The notes beneath the pieces were generated by a model, which saw only the letters and a list, made by a program, of their open reading frames with translations, was not told where the DNA came from and ran no database searches. This document shows positions 49,310 to 59,500 of a stretch of 64,000 bases of DNA, piece by piece. This DNA is from an uncultured Pseudomonas sp. (lineage in GTDB: Bacteria; Pseudomonadota; Gammaproteobacteria; Pseudomonadales; Pseudomonadaceae): contig CBIHLQ010000004.1 in NCBI GenBank assembly GCA_966210885.1, forward strand, positions 13,620 through 77,619, read 5' to 3'. Positions within the stretch are counted from its first letter, which is position 1; the number at the start of each line of letters is the position of its first letter. The translations under genes were made by a program, and so were the position numbers.

Positions 49310-51030
49310 AGCTCGGGGCCCATCGAGAAATGCAGGCGCACGCCGCCCTCGCCGTCCAGCGGGTGGGCCAGGTCCAGACGTAGCGGGCCGACCGGCGAAA
49401 CCCAGCGTACCCCAACGCCCACGGCACTTTTCACCGAGGGCGCACTCAGCGAGTTGAAGGCGTTGCCCTGATCGTAGAAGGTCGCCACGCGCCAGCGCTC
49501 GGCGAAGCTGTATTGGTATTCCACGCTGGCGGCGAACAGGTACTGCCCGCCGATCTTGTCGCCCTGGCCATTGTCCGGCGACAGGCTCTGGTAGTCGTAA
49601 CCCCGCACGCTTTGATCGCCACCGGCGAAGAAGCGCAACGATGGCGGCACGGCGTTGAAACCGTTGGATTCGGTGCCGCCGAACTGTACCCGACCGAGAA
49701 AGCGATGTCGGCGACCGAGGGTTGTCAGGCCCTTGAGCGATGCGTTGCCGTGGATCACGTCGGCATCGGACAACAGCCCCTCTTTGGCGACCGCCAGATC
49801 GAACTGCAGGCGATAACCCTGGTTCGGATCGATCGGGTTGTCGCTGCGCAAATAGGCATAGTTGACACCCGGCATCAGCAAGGTGCTCAGGCCGGTATCG
49901 TCGCCCAGCGCATACTCCTCGTGTTGCCACTTCAGCGAGAGGATGCGCAACCAACCGCTGTCCAGTTGGGAATGCCATTCCGGCCCGACTTTCAGCAGTT
50001 TGCTGCGACTATCGGTGTCGGCGATGTCTTCGGCTTGATAACCGCCAACGAAGCGCCATTTGTCGGTCAAGGGCGGATCGCCGGGGATGTCGTACCACAG
50101 CCCGATATTCTGCTGCGGCGCGGAAAGCTCCATCTCTGCGCCATAGCTGTGGCCCTGGGGGTTGGCCCAGTGACGGGTCCAACTGGCGCGACCACGGGGC
50201 CCGACATCCGTGGCGAACCCCAGGCCGAAGGCCACGCTGCGCGGTTCGCGGATCTGCAAATGAACGGCAACGGGAACGCGCTCGCCCTGCGCCGCGAGCG
50301 GATCGGCATCGACCCGCACCGATTCGAAATAACCGCTCGAGCGCAAAGCCTGATGCAGCTCGGCTATCGACTCGGCTTCGTAAGGGGCGTCCCGCTCGAA
50401 AGGCACCATGCGCTGGAGCAGGGATTCGTCGAGTGGCGTATCGCCGCTGAACGTCACCTCGCCCATGCGGTAACGGGGGCCGCTGAGATAGACCAACTCG
50501 ATATCGGCGACCCCGCCCAGGGGGTCGATGCGCAGCTGTTGGCTGGCGAAACGCCCGTCGAAAAAGCCGTAGCGCGAGGCCTGATTCTGGATATGCCGTT
50601 TGGCCGCCTCGTAACGGCCATGGTTGAGCACATCGCCCGGCTGCATGCGCATATCGGCGGGCAGGCGAAACGCGGGCAGTTGCTGCGCCGGCCCCTCGAT
50701 GCGCACCTCGACGTCGCGCAGGCGCACGGGTTCGCCGGGAATGATATCGAGGATCAGGCTCGGAGGGGTGGCGGCTACTTCGCTGCCGATCTGTGGCTGG
50801 TAATAACCCAACGCCTGCAAGGCTGTAGCGGCCCGGGCCTCGGCGGTGCGGCGAAAACGCTGCAGCTCCTCGACATCCTTATCGTCCAGGCTGCCGATAT
50901 AGCCTTCGACGTTTTCCTTGAGGGCCGCGTTGGCCGGCTGCACGCGCACCTGTAAACGCGCTTCCGCAACAACGGAGGCGCTGAACAATAAAAGCGCGAG
51001 AGCCGCGCACAGTGGGCTAAGCACAGTCAT
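49306..51030 (-). CDS. tamA: Translocation and assembly module TamA (Omp85 family)
   Basis: POTRA-like N-terminus, RFFAGGDQSVRGY, WVSPVGPLRLD, FSMGPEL. Confidence 0.95.
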   Translation of the reverse strand: MTVLSPLCAALALLLFSASVVAEARLQVRVQPANAALKENVEGYIGSLDDKDVEELQRFRRTAEARAATALQALGYYQPQIGSEVAATPPSLILDIIPGEPVRLRDVEVRIEGPAQQLPAFRLPADMRMQPGDVLNHGRYEAAKRHIQNQASRYGFFDGRFASQQLRIDPLGGVADIELVYLSGPRYRMGEVTFSGDTPLDESLLQRMVPFERDAPYEAESIAELHQALRSSGYFESVRVDADPLAAQGERVPVAVHLQIREPRSVAFGLGFATDVGPRGRASWTRHWANPQGHSYGAEMELSAPQQNIGLWYDIPGDPPLTDKWRFVGGYQAEDIADTDSRSKLLKVGPEWHSQLDSGWLRILSLKWQHEEYALGDDTGLSTLLMPGVNYAYLRSDNPIDPNQGYRLQFDLAVAKEGLLSDADVIHGNASLKGLTTLGRRHRFLGRVQFGGTESNGFNAVPPSLRFFAGGDQSVRGYDYQSLSPDNGQGDKIGGQYLFAASVEYQYSFAERWRVATFYDQGNAFNSLSAPSVKSAVGVGVRWVSPVGPLRLDLAHPLDGEGGVRLHFSMGPEL

Positions 51031-51117
51031 GCCCGGATGCTAACACGAGCCAAGTACCGTGCTAGAGCCAATGGCGCAGTAGCATACGATCCTTTATTAC
51101 AGTTTTTTACGCCTTAT

Positions 51118-51759
51118 TCAGGCGCTGGCTTTAAGCACCGGCTGGGGGTTGGGATGGAAGAACACGTGCTCGATGATCGGGCCAACCGCCACTTCGCCGA
51201 GCTCCTCGTAACCCTGACGCTTGTAGAAATCCAGGTAGCGCGCGTTGCCGGTATCGAGCACCACACCTTGCGAGCTGGCGTCGTCGGCGCACCAGTTATG
51301 CAGCGCTTCGAGCAGTTGCTCGCCGAAATGCTGGCCCTGGAATTCCGGGTGCACGCCCAGTAGCGGCAACAGGTGATAGGGACCGGGCGGCAGGCAGGCG
51401 AGCACCGCATCGTGGTATTCGAGGTAGCGCTTGGTGCAGCGGAAGCCGGTGGTCAACAGCATGCGCATGCGCCAGGCCCAACTTTCGGTGATATCCAGGC
51501 GGCGCTGCGGCGGTGCGATCAGCGCCATGCCGATCAAGCGATCGTCGACCAGTAAACCGATGGCCGGTAATTCCTCGCGAAAATGCTGTTGCACCAGCTC
51601 ACGCACGGTGGCGCGTACGCGTTGGTCATAGCCGGGGCGTTCGGCTTCGAACAAATAGGCGAAGGTGGGCTCGTGGCGGTAAGCGTGATACAGCAGCGAG
51701 CGCGCTTCACGGGCATACCCCCCGTCGAGCATACGAATTTCAGCGGTACGATGCGGCAT
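51118..51759 (-). CDS. GNAT family N-acetyltransferase
   Basis: LGVHPEFQGQHFGEQLL acetyl-CoA motif, FYKRQGY. Confidence 0.85.
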   Translation of the reverse strand: MPHRTAEIRMLDGGYAREARSLLYHAYRHEPTFAYLFEAERPGYDQRVRATVRELVQQHFREELPAIGLLVDDRLIGMALIAPPQRRLDITESWAWRMRMLLTTGFRCTKRYLEYHDAVLACLPPGPYHLLPLLGVHPEFQGQHFGEQLLEALHNWCADDASSQGVVLDTGNARYLDFYKRQGYEELGEVAVGPIIEHVFFHPNPQPVLKASA

Positions 51760-51914
51760 GGTCGTAACCTCGGCTTTTTCTATTTTCTTTGTATTTATAT
51801 CGGGCCTGAAGGCACCCTAGCACCGCATTCGCCCGCCCGCTAGAACTGGCCGTATGCCTCGCTGATCGGCTAGCATCGCAGCCTTATCGAATTAGGCCCC
51901 AGGACTTTCCGCCC

Positions 51915-52727
51915 ATGAAGATCGTCTCCTTCAATATCAACGGCCTGCGTGCGCGCCCTCACCAATTGGCGGCGCTGATCGAGAAACACCAGCCGGATGT
52001 GATCGGCCTGCAGGAAACCAAGGTGGCCGACGAGCAATTCCCCGAAGCGGAGATTCGCCAGCTCGGTTACCACGTGCACTACCACGGCCAGAAGGGCCAT
52101 TACGGCGTAGCCCTGCTTTCGCGCCAGGCGCCGCTGAGCGTGCACAAGGGCTTTCCCGACGATGGCGAGGAGTCGCAGCGGCGCTTTATCTACGGCACCT
52201 TCGCCGATGCCGACGGCAACCCCGTCACCGTGATGAATGGCTACTTCCCCCAAGGCGAAAGCCGCGACCACCCGATCAAGTTCCCCGCCAAACAACGCTT
52301 TTATGCGGACTTGCAGCGTTTGCTACAGGGCCAGTTCCAGCCCGCGCAGGCATTGGTGGTGATGGGCGATATCAATATCTCCCCGGAGGATTGCGATATC
52401 GGCATCGGTGAAGAGAACCGCAAGCGCTGGCTGCGCACCGGCAAGTGCAGTTTCCTGCCGGAAGAGCGCGAATGGCTGGCGACCCTGAAAGCCTGGGGCC
52501 TGGTCGACAGCTTCCGTCATCTCAACCCGGCGGTCGACGACCGTTTCAGCTGGTTCGACTACCGCAGCCGCGGTTTCGAGGACGAGCCGAAACGCGGCCT
52601 GCGCATCGACGTGATACTCGCGTCCCAGGCGTTGCAAGCGCGTATCAAGGATGCCGGTATCGACTACGAGCTGCGCGCCATGGAAAAGCCCTCCGATCAT
52701 GCGCCGATCTGGTTGGAACTGAGCTGA
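51915..52727 (+). CDS. xthA: Exodeoxyribonuclease III
   Basis: [34 protein letters not shown]. Confidence 0.97.
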   Translation: MKIVSFNINGLRARPHQLAALIEKHQPDVIGLQETKVADEQFPEAEIRQLGYHVHYHGQKGHYGVALLSRQAPLSVHKGFPDDGEESQRRFIYGTFADADGNPVTVMNGYFPQGESRDHPIKFPAKQRFYADLQRLLQGQFQPAQALVVMGDINISPEDCDIGIGEENRKRWLRTGKCSFLPEEREWLATLKAWGLVDSFRHLNPAVDDRFSWFDYRSRGFEDEPKRGLRIDVILASQALQARIKDAGIDYELRAMEKPSDHAPIWLELS

Positions 52728-52901
52728 TCCAAAGGCTAACCCTTAGCCCTCCCGAGGGCGTCTTTTAAGACGTCCTCGATGCGCCGCACCCCGCCTCGCC
52801 TCCCCCCGCTTTGCGCACGGCCAATGGCCGGCGCCCGCTGTCACATAACAGTCATCTTTTTGTCTTATCGTCGCCGCACTTTTCCTAGAAGGTGTTGCCG
52901 C

Positions 52902-54284
52902 ATGCCGCGTGCCCTGTCCATTTGCGATCGTAAAACCCTGAGCCGTACCCTCGCTTTCCTGGCATTGGGAATCGCTTGCCACAGTCTGTCCGGGATCGCC
53001 TCCGCCGCCCTGCCGATCCCTGCCGATAACAGCAGCGTCTTGCGTATTCAGGGCTCCAACACCATAGGCGCGAAGCTCGGCCCAGCCCTGATCGAAGGCT
53101 TGTTCGAAGAGCAAGGGCTGAGCGCCATTCGCATCGAAGCCGGCGCGGTCGAAAACGAGCAGAAGGTCACCGGCATGACCGCCGATGGTCGCAGCGTGAC
53201 TGTCGAAGTGGCGGCCCATGGTTCCGGCACCGGTTTCGTCGGGCTGAAGAACGGCAGCGCCGATCTGGCGGCATCCTCACGGCCGATCAAGGACAGCGAA
53301 GCCGGCGAGCTGGCGCATTTGGGCGATCTGAAAAGCCGTGAGGCCGAACAAGTCATCGCGCTCGATGGACTGGCGATCATCCTCCATCCGGGTAATCCGC
53401 TCGGCGCACTGCGCAGCGAACAGGTGGCGCAGATTTTCGCCGGGGAAATTAAAAACTGGGCCGAGCTCGGCGGTTTGCCGGGTGCGATCAATCTGTATGC
53501 CCGCGATGGCAACTCCGGCACCTACGACACCTTCAAGGAACTGGTGCTCAATGCCCATGGCAAAAGCCTGAGCGAAAGCGCCAAGCGTTTCGAATCGAGC
53601 GAGCAACTCTCCGATTCGGTCAGCCGGGACTCTCAGGGCATCGGTTTTATCGGTCTGCCCTATATCCGCCAGGCCAAAGCCCTGGCCATAGCCGTCGGCG
53701 AGTCGCAGCCAATGCTGCCGAGCGTGACCCTGATCGCCACCGAGGATTACCCGCTGTCGCGTCGTTTGTTCCTGTACAACCAACCGGACATGCAAAACCC
53801 CTGGGGCCAGGCGCTGGTGCGTTTCGCCCACAGCCCCCGCGGTCAGGCGATAGTCGATCAAAGCGGCTTTATCGCCCAGACCGTGCAAGCGGTCAGCGTC
53901 GCGGCCAGCCCCGCCATGCCCGCCGCCTACCAGACCCTGGCCCGCGAGGCGCAGCGCCTGTCGGTCAACTTCCGTTTCCAGGAAGGCAGCTCCAGCCTGG
54001 ACAACAAGGCCCTGCGAGACGTCGAGCGGGTTCTCCTGTACCTGAAGAAACAAGACAAGATGAAGCAGAAAGTCGTGCTCATGGGTTTTGGCGATAGCAA
54101 AGCCGACCCGGCACGCGCCAAATTGCTGTCCAAGTTACGGGCCATGGCGGTGCGTCGAGAGCTGGCCAGGCAAGGGGTGATTTTTCGCGAAGTCACTGGG
54201 CTTGGCGAAGAGCTGCCAGTAGCGGCGAACGATGCGGATGAGGGTCGGATCAAGAATCGCCGGGTGGAAGTCTGGGTTTACTAA
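52902..54284 (+). CDS. PstS-like periplasmic binding domain fused to an OmpA-like domain
   Basis: IQGSNTIG, AAHGSGTG, RDGNSGTYDTF; C-terminal GEELPVAAND..NRRVEVWV. Confidence 0.88.
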   Translation: MPRALSICDRKTLSRTLAFLALGIACHSLSGIASAALPIPADNSSVLRIQGSNTIGAKLGPALIEGLFEEQGLSAIRIEAGAVENEQKVTGMTADGRSVTVEVAAHGSGTGFVGLKNGSADLAASSRPIKDSEAGELAHLGDLKSREAEQVIALDGLAIILHPGNPLGALRSEQVAQIFAGEIKNWAELGGLPGAINLYARDGNSGTYDTFKELVLNAHGKSLSESAKRFESSEQLSDSVSRDSQGIGFIGLPYIRQAKALAIAVGESQPMLPSVTLIATEDYPLSRRLFLYNQPDMQNPWGQALVRFAHSPRGQAIVDQSGFIAQTVQAVSVAASPAMPAAYQTLAREAQRLSVNFRFQEGSSSLDNKALRDVERVLLYLKKQDKMKQKVVLMGFGDSKADPARAKLLSKLRAMAVRRELARQGVIFREVTGLGEELPVAANDADEGRIKNRRVEVWVY

Positions 54285-54414
54285 GCGTAAACACGCGCAG
54301 GATGGGGCTGCGCAGAAACCCCGGCGTTGATTGCTTTTATTGCTGCATCAGACAGTGATTAACCACGCCGACTGACTAAGCTAAAGAAACCCAACGTCCG
54401 CCCGAGGTTCCGCC

Positions 54415-55155
54415 ATGACCACGAGCACACCTTTACTGCTGGCTCTGCTGGTCGTGCAGAGCGTACAGGCCGAGGTGTTCCGGGTGTATGGCAGCCCTGA
54501 TGGTTTCCCCAAGTATTTTGAACAGGACGGCGAAGCCAAGGGCATTGTGGTGGACATCACCAAGCACTGTCTGGACGACATGCAGGTGCCCTACCAGATC
54601 AAACTGATGCCGTGGAAACGCGCCTATACCATGGCCGAACGCGGCGAAGGAGGCGTGATCGGCCTATCGATAAGCGATGAACGCCTGGCCCTGTTCGACT
54701 TTTCCGCGCCCATATTCACCGAACATGTCGTGCTGGTTGTGAAAAAGGGTCGCGAGTTTCCCTATTTGGCCATTACCGACCTGCAAGACAAGCTGATTGG
54801 CGCAACCATCGGCACCAGCTACGGCAACGCCTTCGATCAAGCCGTGGCCGATGGCACCCTGACCATTGTCGGTTTCAACGACACCCGCAGCGGCCTGGGC
54901 ATGCTTCAGCATGAGCGCATCGATGCCATTCTGATCGGCTCCAGCGTGGACATCCGCAAGCTCGCGCAAAGCTGGCCGGGCTTGCAGGGGGATGCCTTCA
55001 CCACCCTGCCCGTGCCCTTCAAGAGCGACGGCAAGCACATGGGCATTTCCAAGTCATTGAAAATGGGCTGGTTCCTTGAGCGATTCAATCAATGCCTGAA
55101 GAATGGCCACGCCTCGGGTCTTTTCGCCCCGATCATCTATCGGTACAGCAACTGA
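54415..55155 (+). CDS. Orphan family-3 solute-binding protein
   Basis: Signal peptide, PWKRAY, DLQDKLIGATIGTSYG. Confidence 0.8.
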   Translation: MTTSTPLLLALLVVQSVQAEVFRVYGSPDGFPKYFEQDGEAKGIVVDITKHCLDDMQVPYQIKLMPWKRAYTMAERGEGGVIGLSISDERLALFDFSAPIFTEHVVLVVKKGREFPYLAITDLQDKLIGATIGTSYGNAFDQAVADGTLTIVGFNDTRSGLGMLQHERIDAILIGSSVDIRKLAQSWPGLQGDAFTTLPVPFKSDGKHMGISKSLKMGWFLERFNQCLKNGHASGLFAPIIYRYSN

Positions 55156-55216
55156 GCGCACCGCAGCGGCCAATACACTTGCCAAGTACGCCCGCAGCAC
55201 CTATTGCTTAATAAGC

Positions 55217-55285
55217 GTGACGCCGGGCCCCTCTGGCGGTGAGCCCTCACCGTGATGTCGGAGTCACTGAGTTGATTCTCAACTT
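55217..55285 (+). ncRNA. Candidate structured leader RNA (possible terC RNA motif)
   Basis: GTGAC...GTCAC outer stem enclosing a CGGTGA-GCCC-TCACCG hairpin, then AGTTGA-TTC-TCAACT, just upstream of the TerC RBS. Confidence 0.5.
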
Positions 55286-55308
55286 AGGCAGACATTCGAG
55301 GTGGCTCA

Positions 55309-56292
55309 ATGGATAGCCTGGCAAATATTCTCAGTACCCCCCTGTTCGGCACCCCTGGCTGGTTCTGGCTGGCCTTTATCCTGATCATCCTCGGTTTGCT
55401 GGTGTTCGATCTCGGTGTGCTGCACCGCGATCAGCATGAAATCGAGATGCGCGAAAGTCTGTTGCTGTACAGCGGCTACTTCAGCGTAGGTCTGGGCTTT
55501 GGCGGCTGGATTTGGTGGCAACTCGGAGCCACTAAGGCGCTGGAGTTCTATACCGGCTTTCTGGTCGAACAGTCGCTGTCGATGGACAACGTGTTCGTCA
55601 TGGCGGTGATTCTCAACTTCTTCGCCATCCCCAGGCGCTATCAGCACCGCGTGCTGTTCTGGGGCATTCTCGGGGTGATCGTGCTGCGCGCGACTATGAT
55701 CGGCCTGGGCACGGCGCTGGTGCAGAACTTCGAATGGGTGCTTTATCTATTCGGCGCGTTCCTGCTGTTCACCGGGGTACGGATGCTCTCGGCCGAGCAA
55801 GAACAGCACCCCGACCTGAACCAGAATCGCCTGTTGCAGTTCCTACGTCAGCACTTGCGGGTGACCGAGGATATGCACGACGGGCACTTTCTGCTGCGTC
55901 AGCCGGATAGAAAATCGGGCAAGAACCTGCTGCATGCCACACCGCTGCTGCTGGCCCTGGTGCTGATCGAGTTGGCCGATTTGGTGTTCGCCGTGGACAG
56001 CGTGCCGGCGGTGCTGGCCATCTCCCAGGACCCTTTTATCGTCTACACCTCGAACATCTTCGCGATTCTCGGCCTGCGCGCGCTCTACTTCGCCCTGGCG
56101 GCGCTGATGCACCGCTTTATCTACCTCAAGTACGCGCTGGCATTGGTTCTGATGTTTATCGGCGGCAAGATATTTCTCCATGACATCATCAAGGTGCCCG
56201 CCCTGTTCTCGCTGTGCACAACCCTCGGCCTGCTCGCCGGCGGAGTGATACTGTCGCTGCTGAGAACCCGCGCGCACAAGCGCAAGGAGTGA
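55309..56292 (+). CDS. TerC/Alx family membrane protein
   Basis: EQSLSMDNVFV, DLVFAVDSVPAVLA, YTSNIFAILGLRALYF. Confidence 0.95.
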   Translation: MDSLANILSTPLFGTPGWFWLAFILIILGLLVFDLGVLHRDQHEIEMRESLLLYSGYFSVGLGFGGWIWWQLGATKALEFYTGFLVEQSLSMDNVFVMAVILNFFAIPRRYQHRVLFWGILGVIVLRATMIGLGTALVQNFEWVLYLFGAFLLFTGVRMLSAEQEQHPDLNQNRLLQFLRQHLRVTEDMHDGHFLLRQPDRKSGKNLLHATPLLLALVLIELADLVFAVDSVPAVLAISQDPFIVYTSNIFAILGLRALYFALAALMHRFIYLKYALALVLMFIGGKIFLHDIIKVPALFSLCTTLGLLAGGVILSLLRTRAHKRKE

Positions 56293-56296
56293 TTGT

Positions 56297-56473
56297 TTGA
56301 GTTCACCGAGCATCGTTATCGAGCCGCTGCTGCAGCGCGGCAAGCTGCATTGGCAAGTGCGCATGGGGCGACGTTGCCTGACCTTCCATCATGAACAGGC
56401 CGCTCGCGCCTTCGCCGCGCAACTGCATATGCGCCTGCTCTGGCTGCACGAGTTGAGCAACGGCGAGCGTTAA
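56297..56473 (+). CDS. Small 58-aa protein downstream of the TerC gene, missing from the ORF track
   Basis: AAGGAG RBS 7 nt before TTG; MSSPSIVIEPLLQRGKLHWQVRMGRRCLTFHHEQAARAFAAQLHMRLLWLHELSNGER; GC-rich codon usage like its neighbours. Confidence 0.6.
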   Translation: MSSPSIVIEPLLQRGKLHWQVRMGRRCLTFHHEQAARAFAAQLHMRLLWLHELSNGER

Positions 56474-56491
56474 TCGGTAGCCCTACATTGA

Positions 56492-56520
56492 CAGTCTGTT
56501 GAAAAACCACCTACCTGCCA
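56492..56520. mobile_element. Solo MITE end remnant
   Basis: CAGTCTGTTGAAAAACCACCT resembles the MITE terminus CAGGCTGTTGAAAAACTACCT. Confidence 0.45.
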
Positions 56521-56534
56521 GGCGCCGCAGATGC

Positions 56535-59500
56535 CTACGCAGGCGCGAGGTCACTTTTACAACTCGCGAGAAGCTCGCCCAAGGTACGTGGCAGCTCGAC
56601 GCCATAGCCCTGCACGTAATCGACTCCCAACTCGACCAGGCGCTCGCGAATGCTGGGCGTCTCGACGTATTCGGCGATGGTCTTGCGGCCCAGTACGTGG
56701 GCGATTTCGTTGATCGATTTGACCATGGCGAGATCACTGGGCGAGCGCTCGATTTCCTTGACGAAGCTGCCGTCGATCTTCACGTAATCCACCGGCAATT
56801 GTTTCAGGTACTCGTAAGAGGAGAAGCCGGTGCCGAAATCGTCTATCGAAAAAGTACAGCCAAAACGCTGCAGGTAACGCACCAGATCCGCGGTCTTGGT
56901 CAGATTGGCCACCGCGGCGGTTTCGGTCAGCTCGAAGCAGATTTTTTCCGGCGGCACCGCGTAGTCTTCGAACAACGTCTCGATGAACTCGAGCAGTTTG
57001 TCGTCGTTGAGGCTGCTGCCCGACAGGTTGATCGACAGGCCGCTGCATTGCGCCCATAACCACGGATATTGCGCCAACTCGGCGAACACCCGCTTGAGCA
57101 CCCAGCGGTCGACCTTGGTCATGCGGTTATAGCGCTCGGCGGCGCCAATGAAATCCAGCAGATTCAGCTCGTTTTGCATCACCAGCAGCACTTCGTAGTG
57201 CGGCAGTTGCTCGACAGCCGCACGCGCCGGAGCGATTTGCTGCACCCGCAGGCTGAGTTCGCCGCGTTCGACGATATCGTCCACACGCCCGGCGATGGCC
57301 ATCAGGCCGGTGCGCGCACCGTCGATCTCGTCGCTATAGATATGCACGCGATTGCGCCCTTCTTCCTTGGCGGTATTGCAGGCGGTTTGCAGGTCGCGGA
57401 ACAGGTTGATGACATCGTGTCGTTCGCTCGTCAGGACCAAGCCCACACTCATGGTCATGCCGTGCGAGTGGCCTTGCCATTCCAATGGGTGGGCCTCGAT
57501 CGCTGCGCGCAGCGTTTCGGCAAGCAGGCCTGCCGGGTACTCGTCGCTGTACGGCAGGACCACGGCGAAATCCACGCCGCCGATCCGCGCCAGACTCGCC
57601 GCCTCGGGGAGATGAGCCGCCAGCAACTTGGCGGTTTGCTTGAGGTAAGTATCGCCGGCCAGAGGGCCGAAAATGGAATTGAGCACGCTGAACTGATCGA
57701 TGTGGCCATAGATGAACGCATGGGATTCGCTGGCAGCCAGGGCCTGCGCCACTGCCGCCTCGAAACTGCGGCGGTTGAGCAGACCGGTGAGTTCGTCATG
57801 ACTGCGGACATGGGCGATGTCGCGGTACAGCTTGCCGACGATGTTCTGCAGGTGCTCCTGAATCACCCCTTGGGTCTCGGGTGCGGCGCTGCCGATCCAG
57901 CCGCTGGCGAGCTGCTCCATCAGGCCCTCGGCGGTAAAACTGCCGGCTTCGCAACCCTGGCGGTCGACCAAGACATAGTGATCGCAGGCAGGGTTGACCC
58001 AGATCAGCTGCAGGTGCTGGCCGCGCTGCGTCACCAACCAGTCGCCGACGCGCAGCTGTTGCACCCGCTCGCGCCAGCGTTGCTGGGCGGGATCGAGCAA
58101 AGGGGCGACCTCTTCCGCTGGCGGCTCGGGCAAGGCCAGCCACTCGACCGGCTCTTCGCCGAGCAGTTGTTGCTGCAACTGTTTCAGGGTGGTGCTGTGC
58201 CGGTACTGCCCGGGCAGGAAGCTCTCCATACGTTTGCGCAACAACTCCAGGACCGGCACGACCTCGTAGGCGCGTTCTACCGGGTTGATCTCGCCGACCT
58301 CACCATTCGGCTCGCTTTGCAACCAAGCGTTGAGTTGGCGAATCACCGCCAGATCGTCGAGCCATTCGGAACTCTCCTCGCCCTGCCGAATCAGCTCGTG
58401 CACCAGCAATTCGCGCCACCCCACGTCCAGCCAATCGAGCAATACTCTCGGCGTGTGGCTGCCGAACAGCTTGGCCAGTTCGCGGCCGACCTGTTCACGC
58501 GCGCGTTCCAGGGCATCGCGGCCGCGGCTGTACTGGCGTACACGATCGGCATTGTTGCTGTAGGCGCGTTGTTGCACGGCGAGCAATTGCTCGAGTTCTT
58601 CATTACAACGGGTGAACACCTGGTTATCGCCGCGGTAGTCGTTGACGATGCCGTCGATCAACAGCTGGACGCGGCTTTCCATGACGTGGTTGGGCGGCTC
58701 GGAAAAATCGCACAGACGTATCAACTTATCCAAGGTGGCACGCACCGGGTGGGTGCTATCGGCAAAAGCTGCGGGTTCGAGCATCGCAGCCCGGACCACG
58801 GGCAGCATCAGGCGTTGCAATGCCGGTTTTATGGCCGTGGCGATCGCCGGTTCTTGTTCGATCTGCTGAAAGAGTTCGGCGACCACCCCGGCATCGTCGC
58901 GTTGGCGAGGCGACAGGACGGCGCCTTCGGCGCCCAATTGCTGCAAGAAACTTTGCACTGACCATCCCTGCGCAGGCGGCAAGCGGCTCTGCAAAGTGGC
59001 GAGAGCCGTTTCCAGCGCGGCGGCGTCCAGCGGCTTCCCTGGAGGTTCCTGCGACACCGATTGCGCTTGTGTGGCCCCGACGCCGAAAGCCCGCAGCTGT
59101 TGAATCGCCCGGTAAGGCGCATCCGGCGCCGCATGCCTGGCGCTTTCGCGGCGCCGTCCGCTCGCCGGATGTTCGAGCGGATCGAACCGCGGCTCGACCT
59201 GGAATTGGGCGAAAAGCCCATCCAACTGCTGGAAATAGGTTTGTAATGTGCGGCCCAATGCTTGCGCGACCACGTGGTAGAAGAGGTCGCGTACGCTCGG
59301 CGGTTGTTCGCGCAAATGCAGCCGTGCCTGCAAGGTACGCACCATGAACTCGAGCGACAACGGACTTTCGCGATCCCTGGCGGCCGCGCCCGTCACGGCA
59401 TTCAAGCGGGCGCAACTGCGCCATTCCATGACGCCCAAGGTTTCGCGTAATTGACGTACCAAGCGGCGCGCCTCGAGCATCTCCTCCACTTCGGCATCAT

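Noticed and set aside
49310-49978. N-terminal extension giving a 1445-aa TamB in the ORF track
   Set aside because: It overlaps tamA in another frame; the GTG at 49309 coupled to the tamA stop is the credible start
55156-55308. yybP-ykoY Mn riboswitch upstream of the TerC gene
   Set aside because: The conserved GGGGAGUA and ACC motifs were not found; a different structure is reported instead
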